A stretch of DNA of 62,975 nucleotides. It comes from Bacteroidota bacterium. GTDB lineage: Bacteria; Bacteroidota; Bacteroidia; Chitinophagales; Chitinophagaceae. The position numbers were made by a program, and so were the translations under genes. A model generated the notes under the pieces. It worked only from the letters and a program-made list of their open reading frames with translations, did not search any database and was not told the origin of the DNA. Of the stretch, positions 9,193 to 19,320 are shown piece by piece; the stretch's first letter is position 1, and the number at the start of each line of letters is the position of its first letter. Where the stretch lies: assembly GCA_052035835.1 (NCBI GenBank), contig JBPOHG010000071.1, positions 1 to 62,975 on the forward strand, in the 5' to 3' direction.

Positions 9193-10526
9193 TGAAATAT
9201 ATAAACATGAGAACCATTCAAACATTGCTATTGCTTTTGGTAGGCATACCCGCAATTGCTCAACAAATACCCCGTAAAGCCTCCATGTGGATGAAGGGAA
9301 CCAGGGGCGACAAGGGTATTTTGGTAGACAGCCTTTATCCGGGAGGAACACTGGAGGTTTTAGGGTTGAGGAAAACAGACGTGCTAACCGGGTTAAATGG
9401 GAACCAAATACGGAGCATGGAAGATTATGGGAAACATGCCTATGCAATCAGGGAGGGCGACGAAATAACATTAACGGTTATCCGAAATGCTGAGAATAAA
9501 AAATTTAAAGGGCTTGCGTTGGTGAAGCCCCTGGAGAAAAATGACCTTGCAGATGTACAATATGATTGGGTGGCTTTCAGAAATGGATATTTACGGGCTA
9601 TCACAAGAAAGCCAAAAGGTAAAACAGGTCTCCCGGCCATTCTGCTGATTCCCGGTTATGGCTGTGGTAGTATTGAAAATTATATGGGAAGCTACAATGG
9701 CAGATTGCTTACCGAATGGATAAAAGCCGGGTATGCTGTTGTCACTATTGAAAAGTCGGGAGTAGGTGACAGTTATCAATGCGAGCCATGCAACGAAGTT
9801 GACCTTACTACAGATATTGAAAGTTTTGATGCCGGATACCGATACATGGAAACATTGCCTTTTGTAGATACACAAAAATTATTTGTATGGGGCCATTCGA
9901 TGGGAGGCGTGATTGCACCTGAAGTTGCAAAGCGGCATCGCCCCAGAGGCGTGATGGTATTTGGTGCTACTTTCAGGCCATGGAATGAATTCCTGATTGA
10001 AATGCACAGGATTCAAAAGCCTTTGCTCGAAAATCTAACCTATGCCCAAACGGAGATTTTTATCAAAGGGATCCAGAAAATTTATTATGATTTTTTTGTG
10101 TTGAAAAAATCCCCGGAGCAATTATATCAGCACGAGGATTACAGGCCCTTGGTGGTTAGCGAACTTGGGTATAAAAAAGGTAGCAACGATATGTGGGGGC
10201 GGCATTGGCGTTTTTGGCAACAGATAGACTCGCTCAATTTTGCAGAAAGCTGGCAGGCACTGAGTTGCCCGGTATTAATTGTTCATGGAGAAACTGATTA
10301 TGAGCAATGCAGCAGGCTCGACCCATTGCTGATGCAGCAAACGATCAACGCTAAGAATCCCGGGAATGCACAATTGGTCATTGTCCCTGCGCTTGATCAT
10401 TTCATGATGAAGAGTGACACATGGGAACAGGCGAGGGATAATTTCAGGCAGCAGCAATATAATAAAGGGAATTTCAATCCAGCTATCGCATCGCAAACCC
10501 TGCGGTGGCTAACAACACAACAATAG
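9192..10526 (+). CDS. PDZ-domain alpha/beta hydrolase
   Basis: N-terminal PDZ-like 'GLRKTDVLTGLNG'; nucleophile elbow GHSMG; 'HGETD' acid and 'DH' histidine; start overlaps the upstream stop (TAATG). Confidence 0.82.
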   Translation: MKYINMRTIQTLLLLLVGIPAIAQQIPRKASMWMKGTRGDKGILVDSLYPGGTLEVLGLRKTDVLTGLNGNQIRSMEDYGKHAYAIREGDEITLTVIRNAENKKFKGLALVKPLEKNDLADVQYDWVAFRNGYLRAITRKPKGKTGLPAILLIPGYGCGSIENYMGSYNGRLLTEWIKAGYAVVTIEKSGVGDSYQCEPCNEVDLTTDIESFDAGYRYMETLPFVDTQKLFVWGHSMGGVIAPEVAKRHRPRGVMVFGATFRPWNEFLIEMHRIQKPLLENLTYAQTEIFIKGIQKIYYDFFVLKKSPEQLYQHEDYRPLVVSELGYKKGSNDMWGRHWRFWQQIDSLNFAESWQALSCPVLIVHGETDYEQCSRLDPLLMQQTINAKNPGNAQLVIVPALDHFMMKSDTWEQARDNFRQQQYNKGNFNPAIASQTLRWLTTQQ

Positions 10527-10527
10527 A

Positions 10528-11937
10528 ATGAGAACAATCTTATTATTGATCCTTTGTAATTCTGCATTGATTCATCTTTCTGTAAATGCACAGGTAATTG
10601 CAATTAAGAATGTGTCGGTGATTCCTATGGATAAAGAACTGGTGCTTCCCAATCAAACGATTCTGATCAAAGACGGCAAAATTGTAACTATGGGGCCAGC
10701 CCATGATATCGTAATTCCGACGAATGCCACCACTCTGAATGGGAATGGAAAATTTTTGCTGCCAGGTCTTTTTGATATGCATGCGCATTTTTTTAATGAA
10801 CAGGGAAATCATGAAAATACTTGCGCAACCGAATTAAAATTAATGCTGGCCAATGGGCTCACCCAGGTGCGTATCCTTGCCGGTCACCCCAATTATCTTG
10901 AAGCCCGGCAACAGGTAAAGGATGGTAAATGGATAGGCCCCGATCTGGTGGTGGCTAGTCCCCAGTTCGTGGGCAGGTGGCCCTGGCCGGCAGATTTTAA
11001 AAACTTTGAAATTGCGGATACCCCAGAAAATGCCCGAGCTGCAGTGCGCCGTTTCAAAGCGGCCGGGTACGACCTTATCAAGATAACGTTTATGGTTAAT
11101 CGCGAGGTTTATGATGCAATTGTAGCGGAAGCTGCCATTCAGGGGATTAAAGTTGCAGGCCATGTTGGCCCAATGGTAAAATTGCCCGCTGCGTTAAACG
11201 CAAAACAACAAATTGAGCACATGGATGAATTCATAGATATGTTGTTGCCCGACACCAGTTTTAACCATGGGCAAAGTGTATCGGATATGAATATCTGGAG
11301 AAAAGCTGCATGGGCCACAGTACCATCGCTTGATGAAAATAAAATCACAGAACTGGCTCGGGCAGTTGCAAACTCGGGCATCTATGTTACGCCCACCAAT
11401 TATTTTTTTCTTTCAAGTTTTGGTAGTGTAAGATCCGAAGCTTCCATTCGGCAAAAACCCGATTATGCATATATCCCAGCGGCATTAAAAGAGGAGAGAT
11501 GGAAGGCCAGGGAACATTTTATAAAATTGGGGATCCCCGATTCAAGCCTGCAAACGTATACATCCATCCGGAAGAAATTGGTATTTGCATTGTGGAAAGC
11601 AGGCGTTCCATTAATGGCCGGCTCCGACTCTCCTGAATTTTTTCTGGTTACGGGGTTTTCAATTCATGACGAACTTGCGGCAATGGTCGATGCCGGGTTG
11701 AGCACATACGCAGCTTTACAAACGGCCACTACACATCCGGCCCGGTACCTCGGGGTAAACAAAATGAAAGGAAGTATAAAAGCAGGAATGGATGCAGATC
11801 TAATTTTGTTAGATAAAAATCCGTTGGATAATATTCATAACACACGAGTGATTCATGCCGTTATCAAAAAGGGGAAAGTGTACACCCGGGCACAACTCGA
11901 TGAATTACTTGAGGAGGCCCTGGTACTGGGAAATTAA
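10528..11937 (+). CDS. Secreted metal-dependent amidohydrolase
   Basis: 'PGLFDMHAH', 'AGSD', 'GSIKAGMDADLILLDKNPL'. Confidence 0.9.
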   Translation: MRTILLLILCNSALIHLSVNAQVIAIKNVSVIPMDKELVLPNQTILIKDGKIVTMGPAHDIVIPTNATTLNGNGKFLLPGLFDMHAHFFNEQGNHENTCATELKLMLANGLTQVRILAGHPNYLEARQQVKDGKWIGPDLVVASPQFVGRWPWPADFKNFEIADTPENARAAVRRFKAAGYDLIKITFMVNREVYDAIVAEAAIQGIKVAGHVGPMVKLPAALNAKQQIEHMDEFIDMLLPDTSFNHGQSVSDMNIWRKAAWATVPSLDENKITELARAVANSGIYVTPTNYFFLSSFGSVRSEASIRQKPDYAYIPAALKEERWKAREHFIKLGIPDSSLQTYTSIRKKLVFALWKAGVPLMAGSDSPEFFLVTGFSIHDELAAMVDAGLSTYAALQTATTHPARYLGVNKMKGSIKAGMDADLILLDKNPLDNIHNTRVIHAVIKKGKVYTRAQLDELLEEALVLGN

Positions 11938-12800
11938 TTCCCCGAAGATTTGAAAAGTTGCGCCTGCTTCAATAACTGCAAGTGTATCTTTTCATTTTTT
12001 TTCTTTCCCAACTGAAGAAAATGTTTGAGGTGTTTATAAAAATGGCTGTGGTCATAATAACCATACTCCTCTAATTTAAAACTGGTGGGATTGTTAACCA
12101 ATGCTGCCACCGCCTTTCTGATCCGAAGGATTTGAAGTGTTTTTTTGCTGCTGAGGCTTGTAGTTGCTTCAAAGTAACGTTGAAGTGTACGTGACGATAC
12201 CCCATAATGTTCCGACAGTGATTCAATGGAGATAGTGAAGTCATTATGGCTGTTATATTTTTCTATAATTTCTGAAACAATACGGATGGGTTGCACGCTG
12301 CCTTCATAATGGCGCAGGATACTCTTATAGTATTCATTCAGCAGGCTTACCCTTTCTTTGAAATGGCTGGCTGCCTTTACTTGTTGAACAATGTTTTTTT
12401 CGATCAGATAGCTCAAAGGAAAAATCGAAGACTTGTATTCTGAGAAATTTATTTTCTTTTCAAATATGACCGGCGAAATCCTGAACTTGATACCAAACAA
12501 ACAATTACCCGGCTGATGATGGCATTCGAGCGATACATGGCGGGGAAGGAAGCCGTCGGACTTCATGAATGTTTTCTTATTGTTTACCTCCATGGTAAAT
12601 GGGGAGCCCAGATTGATCAGGTAGGTATAGCCGATGTTTGGGAACAGGGCATCTGAAAATCCATTCGGGTAAGTTTTCCAAAGCCCGTCAAACTTTGTTT
12701 CCCAGAAAAAGTCAATAAAATGCCTTAATGCTGCAGGAGGTACAGTTCTGTGATAATTTTTTTCGAAATGGGCCGTATCAAAAAACTCCAGGTGCTGCAT
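11934..12800 (-). CDS. AraC family transcriptional regulator (DUF6597-type N-terminus)
   Basis: C-terminal HTH 'VSSRTLQRYF' and 'GYYDHSHF'; start moved to ATG at 12800, just after the upstream gene's stop. Confidence 0.85.
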   Translation of the reverse strand: MQHLEFFDTAHFEKNYHRTVPPAALRHFIDFFWETKFDGLWKTYPNGFSDALFPNIGYTYLINLGSPFTMEVNNKKTFMKSDGFLPRHVSLECHHQPGNCLFGIKFRISPVIFEKKINFSEYKSSIFPLSYLIEKNIVQQVKAASHFKERVSLLNEYYKSILRHYEGSVQPIRIVSEIIEKYNSHNDFTISIESLSEHYGVSSRTLQRYFEATTSLSSKKTLQILRIRKAVAALVNNPTSFKLEEYGYYDHSHFYKHLKHFLQLGKKKNEKIHLQLLKQAQLFKSSGN

Positions 12801-12802
12801 GA

Positions 12803-13159
12803 TCAGGGGCGCAGGATAATAATGCCACGGGCACTGGGATGTTCTTTGCAATGGTAGCTGATGGTTCCGATGGTGTCTTTTTTAAAAAAGAATGATGTGC
12901 CAGGAAGCATTGAAGGAGTAATGAAAGTGACCGTATCATCTGAAATTATAGTATGGGCACTGGTAGAACTATTGAGAAATGTAAATGAGGAGCCAACCGC
13001 GGCAGTTATGGACACCGGAGAAAAAGTACTGTCGAGAATGGTTATGTATTTTGTAGGGAGGGTTCCTCCGATCGGGTTAAAAGAAGAATTCTGTTTTCCA
13101 CAGGAAAAAATCAATGTGGCGATGGTACACACGCCTATGAAAATAGCAGATGTTTTCAT
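12803..13159 (-). CDS. Cupredoxin (plastocyanin/amicyanin-like) lipoprotein
   Basis: Lipobox 'IFSC'; 'FSPVSIT...G...F.N...HTI' and 'YHCKEHP'; start placed at ATG 13159. Confidence 0.75.
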   Translation of the reverse strand: MKTSAIFIGVCTIATLIFSCGKQNSSFNPIGGTLPTKYITILDSTFSPVSITAAVGSSFTFLNSSTSAHTIISDDTVTFITPSMLPGTSFFFKKDTIGTISYHCKEHPSARGIIILRP

Positions 13160-13283
13160 TTGATTATTCAGGAACCTTTGTTTGGGGCGACAAGTTACTG
13201 AAAATTGCCAAAAGAACCATGCCAAATAGCTGAACGGTTATATGGGAAAGTTTCTTTAAGCATATTGCTTTGGTACATCAGGT

Positions 13284-13928
13284 TTAGGGGCCATTTTTTT
13301 CAAATTTATATTCCCCCGGTTTCAGGAGTGGAAGTGAGCCTGTTAGTGAATTTCCGTCAAAAACAAATGAAAGATGGTCGAATTGAACCTGGAGCAAAGT
13401 TTCGCTGGTTTTCAGGTGTGCAGTATTGTATTCCTTACTGTTAAAAGCAAACAGCGCCCTTTTCTCTGGGGTAAATTCAAACAATACCATGAGGCTATCT
13501 GTATCCTGTGCCTGAAACCTGATAACGGAATTATGGCATTGAACAGGCTCCGACATAGTCCCTTTATTCATGAGTATGCCAAAGCAGGCCGATTGAAATA
13601 CGGGGTCGGGTGTGGTTACATGCAATGTGATATCACCAGGTGCTTCTTTGCTTAAATTGCTAAGTAAGAAAGGGGCGCCCAGGTTGGGGCTGTTAAATAA
13701 TACCCTGCCACTTTTATACGCCCAGGTACCGGATCCCGAACGGTCGAGCGCCCCGTAAGAAAAAAAGAATTCAAAAGTAGAATCATTGTTGACCTTAAAT
13801 CCGGCAGCAGTTTCTCTTACCCCAGTAAGATAATATTCTCCAACAGGGCTTTTGTCTTGTGCTTGCATATAAATGGGGGTATTCATTAAGAATAATACAA
13901 TGGTTATGGGAACTATCCTGGCGTTCAT
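13284..13928 (-). CDS. Secreted hypothetical protein
   Basis: Signal peptide ending 'AQ'; 214-aa ORF filling the gap; 'ETAAGF...FEFFFSYGALDR.G.GTW' block. Confidence 0.7.
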   Translation of the reverse strand: MNARIVPITIVLFLMNTPIYMQAQDKSPVGEYYLTGVRETAAGFKVNNDSTFEFFFSYGALDRSGSGTWAYKSGRVLFNSPNLGAPFLLSNLSKEAPGDITLHVTTPDPVFQSACFGILMNKGTMSEPVQCHNSVIRFQAQDTDSLMVLFEFTPEKRALFAFNSKEYNTAHLKTSETLLQVQFDHLSFVFDGNSLTGSLPLLKPGEYKFEKNGP

Positions 13929-14060
13929 ATTCTCACATTATTATGCAGATAACCTGGTGAAAATATGCATTCTTAAATTTATTTAATAAACCGCAAGTTT
14001 TTCAGCCGGTATGACTGAATATTTTTTCCCACAGTTTCTATCCCTGCCACGGGGTATCCG

Positions 14061-14068
14061 TACCTTTG
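14061..14068 (+). promoter_or_regulatory. Bacteroidota primary-sigma -7 element (pcrA)
   Basis: TACCTTTG matches TAnnTTTG, 4 nt before the ATG. Confidence 0.6.
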
Positions 14069-14072
14069 TACA

Positions 14073-16391
14073 ATGCCCAGATATTTAGACGAATTAAATC
14101 ACCCACAACAGGAAGCGGTCTTACATAAGGATGGACCATTGATGATTATTGCAGGTGCCGGGAGTGGCAAAACCAAGGTGATCACCACTAGAATTGCTCA
14201 CCTGATGGCTTCGGGGGTTGATGCTTTTAACATACTCGCACTTACTTTTACCAATAAGGCAGCTGCCGAAATGAAAGAGCGTATCGAAAAGATCCTCGGC
14301 AGTTCTGAAGCAAGAAATTTGTATATCGGCACATTTCACAGTGTGTTTGCACGTATCCTCCGTTCGGAAGCTACGAAGCTTGGCTATCCTTCGAGTTTTA
14401 CCATTTATGATACGGATGATGCCAAATCGGTACTGAAGACAATCATCAATGAAATGAACCTTGATGATAAGCAATATAAACCCAATGCAGTTTATAACAG
14501 GATATCTGCAGCAAAGAATGCGTTGGTAGGGCCGGCAGAATACATGAATGACTGGATGCTTCAACAGGAAGATGCCCGGGCGAACCGCCCTCAATTGGGA
14601 GCCATCTATGATGCGTACAGTAAACGTTGCTTCAAGAATGGGGCAATGGATTTTGATGACCTCCTGTTTAAAATGTACCTCCTGCTTAAAAATTTCCCTG
14701 AAGCGTTAAGCAAGTACCAGCACAAGTTTAAATACATCATGATTGATGAGTACCAGGATACGAATACGGCTCAGTACGAAATCATAAAATTGTTGGGTGC
14801 TATGCACGAAAATGTGTGTGTGGTAGGGGATGATGCACAGAGTATCTACAGTTTCAGGGGCGCAACAATAGAGAATATCCTGCAGTTTCAAAAAGATTAT
14901 GATGAAGTGAAAGTCGTGAAGCTCGAACAGAATTATAGAAGTACAAAGAATATCCTTCATGTGGCGAATGAAGTCATCAGCAATAACAAAGGCCAGATAG
15001 AAAAAAAATTATTTACCGATAACGGTGAAGGGGAGAAGATCAAACTGGTACGTACGATGACCGACAATGATGAAGGTAAAATGGTTGCCGACAGCATCCA
15101 GGAAATGAAACTCCGTAACCATTATTTCAACCGGGATTTTGCCATCCTGTACCGTACCAATGCGCAGAGCCGCAGCTTTGAGGAATCTTTACGCCGCATG
15201 GGTATTGCCTACCGTATTTATGGAGGCATGAGTTTTTACCAGCGTAAAGAGATCAAGGATTTTATTGCCTACCTGCGGCTGGTAGTGAATTCCAAAGACG
15301 AAGAAGCTTTAAAGAGGGTGATCAATTATCCGGCCAGAGGAATTGGCAAAACCACTGTAGATAAAGCTGTGCTGCTTGCAAACGAGAATAATCTTACCAT
15401 GTGGGACATTATTTCCAATGCAGCATTGTATGGTTTTCGTAGTGGAACTTTAGAAAGTATTGACCAGTTCGTAACAATGATCAAAATGTTTCGCAGTGAA
15501 CTGGAAAAGAAAAACGCTTATGACCTGGCTGTAATCGTTGGCAAAAGCACCAATATCGTAAAAGAACTTTTCAACGATAAAACTACGGAGGGGTTGGCAA
15601 GGTATGAGAACGTACAGGAATTGTTAAACTCCATTAAAGAGTTTACCGAAACCCCCATGAATGAAGAAGATGGAGAAGTTGGCGACAAAGGCCTGGGCAG
15701 TTATTTGCAACAAATAGTTTTGCTTACAGATGCCGATGATGAAAAGGAAAATTCGGATGTGGTGAAACTGATGACCATCCATGCTGCCAAAGGCCTGGAG
15801 TTTCCTGTAGTTTTCCTGGGTGGGTTGGAAGAAACGCTTTTTCCCAATGCCATGAGCATCAATAGCCGCGAAGAACTGGAAGAAGAACGGCGGTTGTTTT
15901 ATGTGGCCATCACCAGGGCGAAAACAAAATTATACCTCAGTTATTCCAATGCCCGTTACCGTTTTGGCCAATTACAGCAGAATGAGCCCAGCCGTTTCCT
16001 TGATGAAATTGCGGAAACCTATTTAGATAAAAGTTATGCAGGAAGCACTGCCCGTAACAATGCATCTTCGGGATGGTCACAAGGCGCAGCTTACGAAAGA
16101 ATGCAACGCGGTTTTGGAAGCAGCCCAAGGAAAGAAGCACCTTCAAAACCTTCTTATGTGGCCACACCTACCCGCCCGCAGGTGAAAGAACATGTACCCA
16201 CCGAAAATTTCGTAGCCAGCGATACGAGTTCGTTACAGGCCGGACAAAAAGTAGAACACCAGAAATTTGGTTTTGGGGAAGTGGTAAAAATGGAAGGTGC
16301 GTCACACAATCCTATCGCCACCATCATGTTTCAGCTTAACGGGGAAAAAAAGATCATGCTCAACTATGCAAAGCTGAGGGTCATTGAGTAA
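14073..16391 (+). CDS. pcrA: ATP-dependent DNA helicase UvrD/PcrA
   Basis: 'AGAGSGKT', 'DEYQD', 'VGDDAQSIYSFRGA', 'TIHAAKGLEF', 'EERRLFYVAITRA', C-terminal Tudor-like domain. Confidence 0.95.
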   Translation: MPRYLDELNHPQQEAVLHKDGPLMIIAGAGSGKTKVITTRIAHLMASGVDAFNILALTFTNKAAAEMKERIEKILGSSEARNLYIGTFHSVFARILRSEATKLGYPSSFTIYDTDDAKSVLKTIINEMNLDDKQYKPNAVYNRISAAKNALVGPAEYMNDWMLQQEDARANRPQLGAIYDAYSKRCFKNGAMDFDDLLFKMYLLLKNFPEALSKYQHKFKYIMIDEYQDTNTAQYEIIKLLGAMHENVCVVGDDAQSIYSFRGATIENILQFQKDYDEVKVVKLEQNYRSTKNILHVANEVISNNKGQIEKKLFTDNGEGEKIKLVRTMTDNDEGKMVADSIQEMKLRNHYFNRDFAILYRTNAQSRSFEESLRRMGIAYRIYGGMSFYQRKEIKDFIAYLRLVVNSKDEEALKRVINYPARGIGKTTVDKAVLLANENNLTMWDIISNAALYGFRSGTLESIDQFVTMIKMFRSELEKKNAYDLAVIVGKSTNIVKELFNDKTTEGLARYENVQELLNSIKEFTETPMNEEDGEVGDKGLGSYLQQIVLLTDADDEKENSDVVKLMTIHAAKGLEFPVVFLGGLEETLFPNAMSINSREELEEERRLFYVAITRAKTKLYLSYSNARYRFGQLQQNEPSRFLDEIAETYLDKSYAGSTARNNASSGWSQGAAYERMQRGFGSSPRKEAPSKPSYVATPTRPQVKEHVPTENFVASDTSSLQAGQKVEHQKFGFGEVVKMEGASHNPIATIMFQLNGEKKIMLNYAKLRVIE

Positions 16392-16396
16392 ATAAA

Positions 16397-17194
16397 TTAT
16401 AATTTTTTGGCGTAGTATAGAAGCCGCCCTTTTTCTCCAAAAACAAATTCTTTACCATCGGCTTTGTATGTGCTGAACTCCCAGGTATGCGTATCTGTTA
16501 TAACTAGGATATTGTCTTTTCCGAAAATAATTTTACAAGGCAATGATTCTGTGAGATCAGATTTGTAGAATGCCACTTCCCCATCGGCAGAACCGAGCAC
16601 TTCACTACGCATGATTTCAATTGATTTAATAACAAACGCTTCTTCAGAAACAGAACCGGCCATTGCCTGCCTGCGGTAGACAGTCCATTTTCCTTCAATG
16701 TTCCGCGGTTCAATATTTACAGGCGTGTTAACCGTATCGGCAGCAACTGTTTCCTTGCCAAAAGTCTCAAAATAAAAACGTTCGGTTTTGTGGAGTTCCT
16801 TAATGTACTCGCCATCGTCGAGCTGGAGTTTCGATGTGTCGGCATATTTTACTGTAAATTCATCCCCTGCCGCCAGCAAAATATTGGGGGCTTCTATTTG
16901 TGCGGTGCCTTTCATGCTCACCCGCATGCTGATGGCGTCCTTGATCTCAACTTTATCGTTTACGAATTTCATCAGCAAAGTATCGGTGAATTCCACGCTT
17001 TCTTTCGACTTGGAAGTAATACGCTTTACCTCCTGCCAGCGGCCCTGGAACTGCGCCAGGTAATATAAGGCTTCCAGCTGTTTGGGTTGGCCGGAAGGCG
17101 ATGCGCCTCTTCTTTTTATCTTTTGTTGCCCTTGGGCCTCCAAAATAGTCCCTACAAGGATAACAAACACGATTATTAGCTTTAACTGACGCAT
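16397..17194 (-). CDS. Secreted hypothetical protein with two probable beta-rich (lipocalin-like) halves
   Basis: Signal peptide from ATG 17194; two 'G.W' motifs (QGRW, EGKW). Confidence 0.65.
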   Translation of the reverse strand: MRQLKLIIVFVILVGTILEAQGQQKIKRRGASPSGQPKQLEALYYLAQFQGRWQEVKRITSKSKESVEFTDTLLMKFVNDKVEIKDAISMRVSMKGTAQIEAPNILLAAGDEFTVKYADTSKLQLDDGEYIKELHKTERFYFETFGKETVAADTVNTPVNIEPRNIEGKWTVYRRQAMAGSVSEEAFVIKSIEIMRSEVLGSADGEVAFYKSDLTESLPCKIIFGKDNILVITDTHTWEFSTYKADGKEFVFGEKGRLLYYAKKL

Positions 17195-17340
17195 GTTCCA
17201 AAGTTTTAATAAAAGTAGAACTTTTGTGAATGTTCTGCCCACTTGAATGTCTGAGATAAGTAAATTTTCGAAATCAGAAATTTTAGCAGGCATTTAGGCG
17301 GTTTGAAACCCCAAACCCCACGTTTTTAGGCCGGAAAAGT

Positions 17341-17348
17341 TATTTTTG
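17341..17348 (+). promoter_or_regulatory. -7 element upstream of nfuA
   Basis: TATTTTTG, 19 nt before the ATG. Confidence 0.55.
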
Positions 17349-17367
17349 TAATCTATAATTTCAGTTT

Positions 17368-17967
17368 ATGATAAAGACAGGAAACCCGGTGATCAGCATT
17401 TACACAGAAATGACACCCAATCCCGAGACCATGAAGTTTGTGGCCAATAAGTTGCTGTATCCTGGAAAGAGCATCGATTTCCCAGATGAAGCGAGTGCAA
17501 AGCCATCTCCGCTTGCACAACAATTGTTTAGCTTTCCCTTTATCAGGTCGGTTTTTATCGCCAGCAATTTTGTTACGCTTACAAAGACCAGTGAAACGGA
17601 AGACTGGCAGGATGTAATCCCAACAGTTAAACAATTTTTGAAGGAATACCTCGAAGAAGGCAAGGCAGTTGTAAATGAGGAAGACATTGCATCTATGAAA
17701 CCTGAGAGCAGCAACGAAGTATCTGCCGATGACGATGATGTGGTGAAACGTATTAAGGAGTTGCTTGAGAATTATGTTAAACCTGCAGTTGAAATGGATG
17801 GAGGGGCCATTCAATTTAAGAGTTATGAAGATGGTAAAGTGAACCTGATGTTACAAGGAAGTTGCAGTGGTTGCCCCTCATCTATGATAACACTTAAAGC
17901 CGGTATTGAGGGAATGATGAAAAGAATGATTCCTGAAGTAAAAGAAGTGGTAGCAGAAGCGGAGTAG
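17368..17967 (+). CDS. nfuA: NifU/Nfu-type Fe-S cluster carrier
   Basis: Nfu_N 'TPNPETMKF' and NifU C-terminal 'DGG...GSCSGCPSS..TLK.GIE'. Confidence 0.9.
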   Translation: MIKTGNPVISIYTEMTPNPETMKFVANKLLYPGKSIDFPDEASAKPSPLAQQLFSFPFIRSVFIASNFVTLTKTSETEDWQDVIPTVKQFLKEYLEEGKAVVNEEDIASMKPESSNEVSADDDDVVKRIKELLENYVKPAVEMDGGAIQFKSYEDGKVNLMLQGSCSGCPSSMITLKAGIEGMMKRMIPEVKEVVAEAE

Positions 17968-17995
17968 GCGCACTATAAAATTTGGTTAATATCAG

Positions 17996-18021
17996 AGCAT
18001 TCCCAACAGAATGCTTTTTTT
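17996..18021 (+). terminator. Intrinsic terminator after nfuA
   Basis: AGCATTC-CCAACA-GAATGCT followed by a T run. Confidence 0.65.
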
Positions 18022-18049
18022 ATGGATTTCTTTGAAATACCTTTCATGG

Positions 18050-18646
18050 ATGAAATACCTGGGCCCGCTGTTGTTCGCTCTACTTTGTATTCTGGCTTTC
18101 ATGTATGCACAGATGAGTGATGTGGAAATACGTGCACTTAAATCGGGCAACATGAACCCAGATACCAGTTATGTATACTGGTTACCCTTTGCCAGCGGAT
18201 CTAAATACCTACTTGCCCAGGCATATAACAGCAAGATGAGCCATCAACATGAATTGGCGCTGGATTTTAAAATGAAACCTGGCAGAAAAATTTGTGCAGC
18301 CAGGGATGGTGTGGTAGAAGCAGTAAAAGAAGACAGCAATGAAGGGGGGATGAAAAGTGAATACCTGAGCAAAGGCAACCATGTGATCATACGCCATGCT
18401 GATGGAAGTGTAGCCATGTACTGGCATTTGCGTTACCATGGGGTATTGGTTTCTATTGGCGATTCTGTTTATAAGGGCCAGCACATCGCATTCAGTGGCA
18501 ATACCGGGTACAGTGCATTCCCACACCTTCATTTCCAGGTGCAGGATAAATATGGGCGAGACCTGGCTACCCGCTTTTTTACATCCAGGGGTACCCGTTA
18601 CCTTCGTCCAGCCAAATGGTACCGTTCGCTGCACCCCCAATATTAA
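18050..18646 (+). CDS. M23 family metallopeptidase
   Basis: 'H...ALDF', 'YWHL', 'HLHF' zinc motifs; start moved to ATG 18050, downstream of the nfuA terminator. Confidence 0.85.
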   Translation: MKYLGPLLFALLCILAFMYAQMSDVEIRALKSGNMNPDTSYVYWLPFASGSKYLLAQAYNSKMSHQHELALDFKMKPGRKICAARDGVVEAVKEDSNEGGMKSEYLSKGNHVIIRHADGSVAMYWHLRYHGVLVSIGDSVYKGQHIAFSGNTGYSAFPHLHFQVQDKYGRDLATRFFTSRGTRYLRPAKWYRSLHPQY

Positions 18647-18687
18647 AAGCCGGTCCCCGTTTTTATATTTAAATTACCGGCCAATAC

Positions 18688-19320
18688 ATGACCGCAACAC
18701 AAATATGGAATGAATTCCTGGGCAATATCCGCCAAACCCGCTGGCAGGAATGGGTGAGTACCGTTATGCAGGTAGCCAGCGTATGGTATGCCCGCAAAAA
18801 TCATGTACTGGTATATCCAACCGGGATCGTAGGGGTGTTGCTGGCATTTTATGTTTATTATTTTTTATCTGCCCCGCCATTGTATGCGGATGCCTTGCTC
18901 AATATTTACTATTTTTTTATGAGTGTATATGGTTGGAATAACTGGGCCCAAAAGAAAGGTAACGGATATGTATACCCGATTAGCTGGTGCAGCAGCAAAG
19001 AACTTTTAAATGGCATTCTTTTGTGTGCCGGTTTTTGGCTGCTGATCTATTTTTCATTGGTCAAATTAACTGATAGCAATACCCCGGTGTTGGATGCATT
19101 GGTATCGGCATCGGCAATCACCGCTATGTGGTGGATGGCAAAAAGAAAGATCGAGAACTGGCTGGCCTGGATTTTCTCTAACCTCGTAGCCATACCACTT
19201 AATTTTTATAAACATTTTATGCTTTTTACTTTGATGTATGTTCTATTCCTGCTGTTGGCCTGGATGGGATTTACGGCTTGGAAAAAGCTGGAGAAAAAAC
19301 AAATAATTTCACATGGATAA
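18688..19320 (+). CDS. pnuC: PnuC-family nicotinamide riboside / vitamin transporter
   Basis: Hydrophobic; 'YGW..W', 'DA...', 'WMAKRKIENWLAW'. Confidence 0.9.
   Translation: MTATQIWNEFLGNIRQTRWQEWVSTVMQVASVWYARKNHVLVYPTGIVGVLLAFYVYYFLSAPPLYADALLNIYYFFMSVYGWNNWAQKKGNGYVYPISWCSSKELLNGILLCAGFWLLIYFSLVKLTDSNTPVLDALVSASAITAMWWMAKRKIENWLAWIFSNLVAIPLNFYKHFMLFTLMYVLFLLLAWMGFTAWKKLEKKQIISHG

Noticed and set aside
13204-13225. TTGGCATGGTTCTTTT on the minus strand upstream of the cupredoxin gene as a sigma-54 promoter
   Set aside because: Good -24 box but no GC at -12 (GG-N10-TT)
18033-18060. Direct repeat TGAAATACCT twice around the M23 start
   Set aside because: Only two 10-nt copies, one within coding sequence; not enough to call a site
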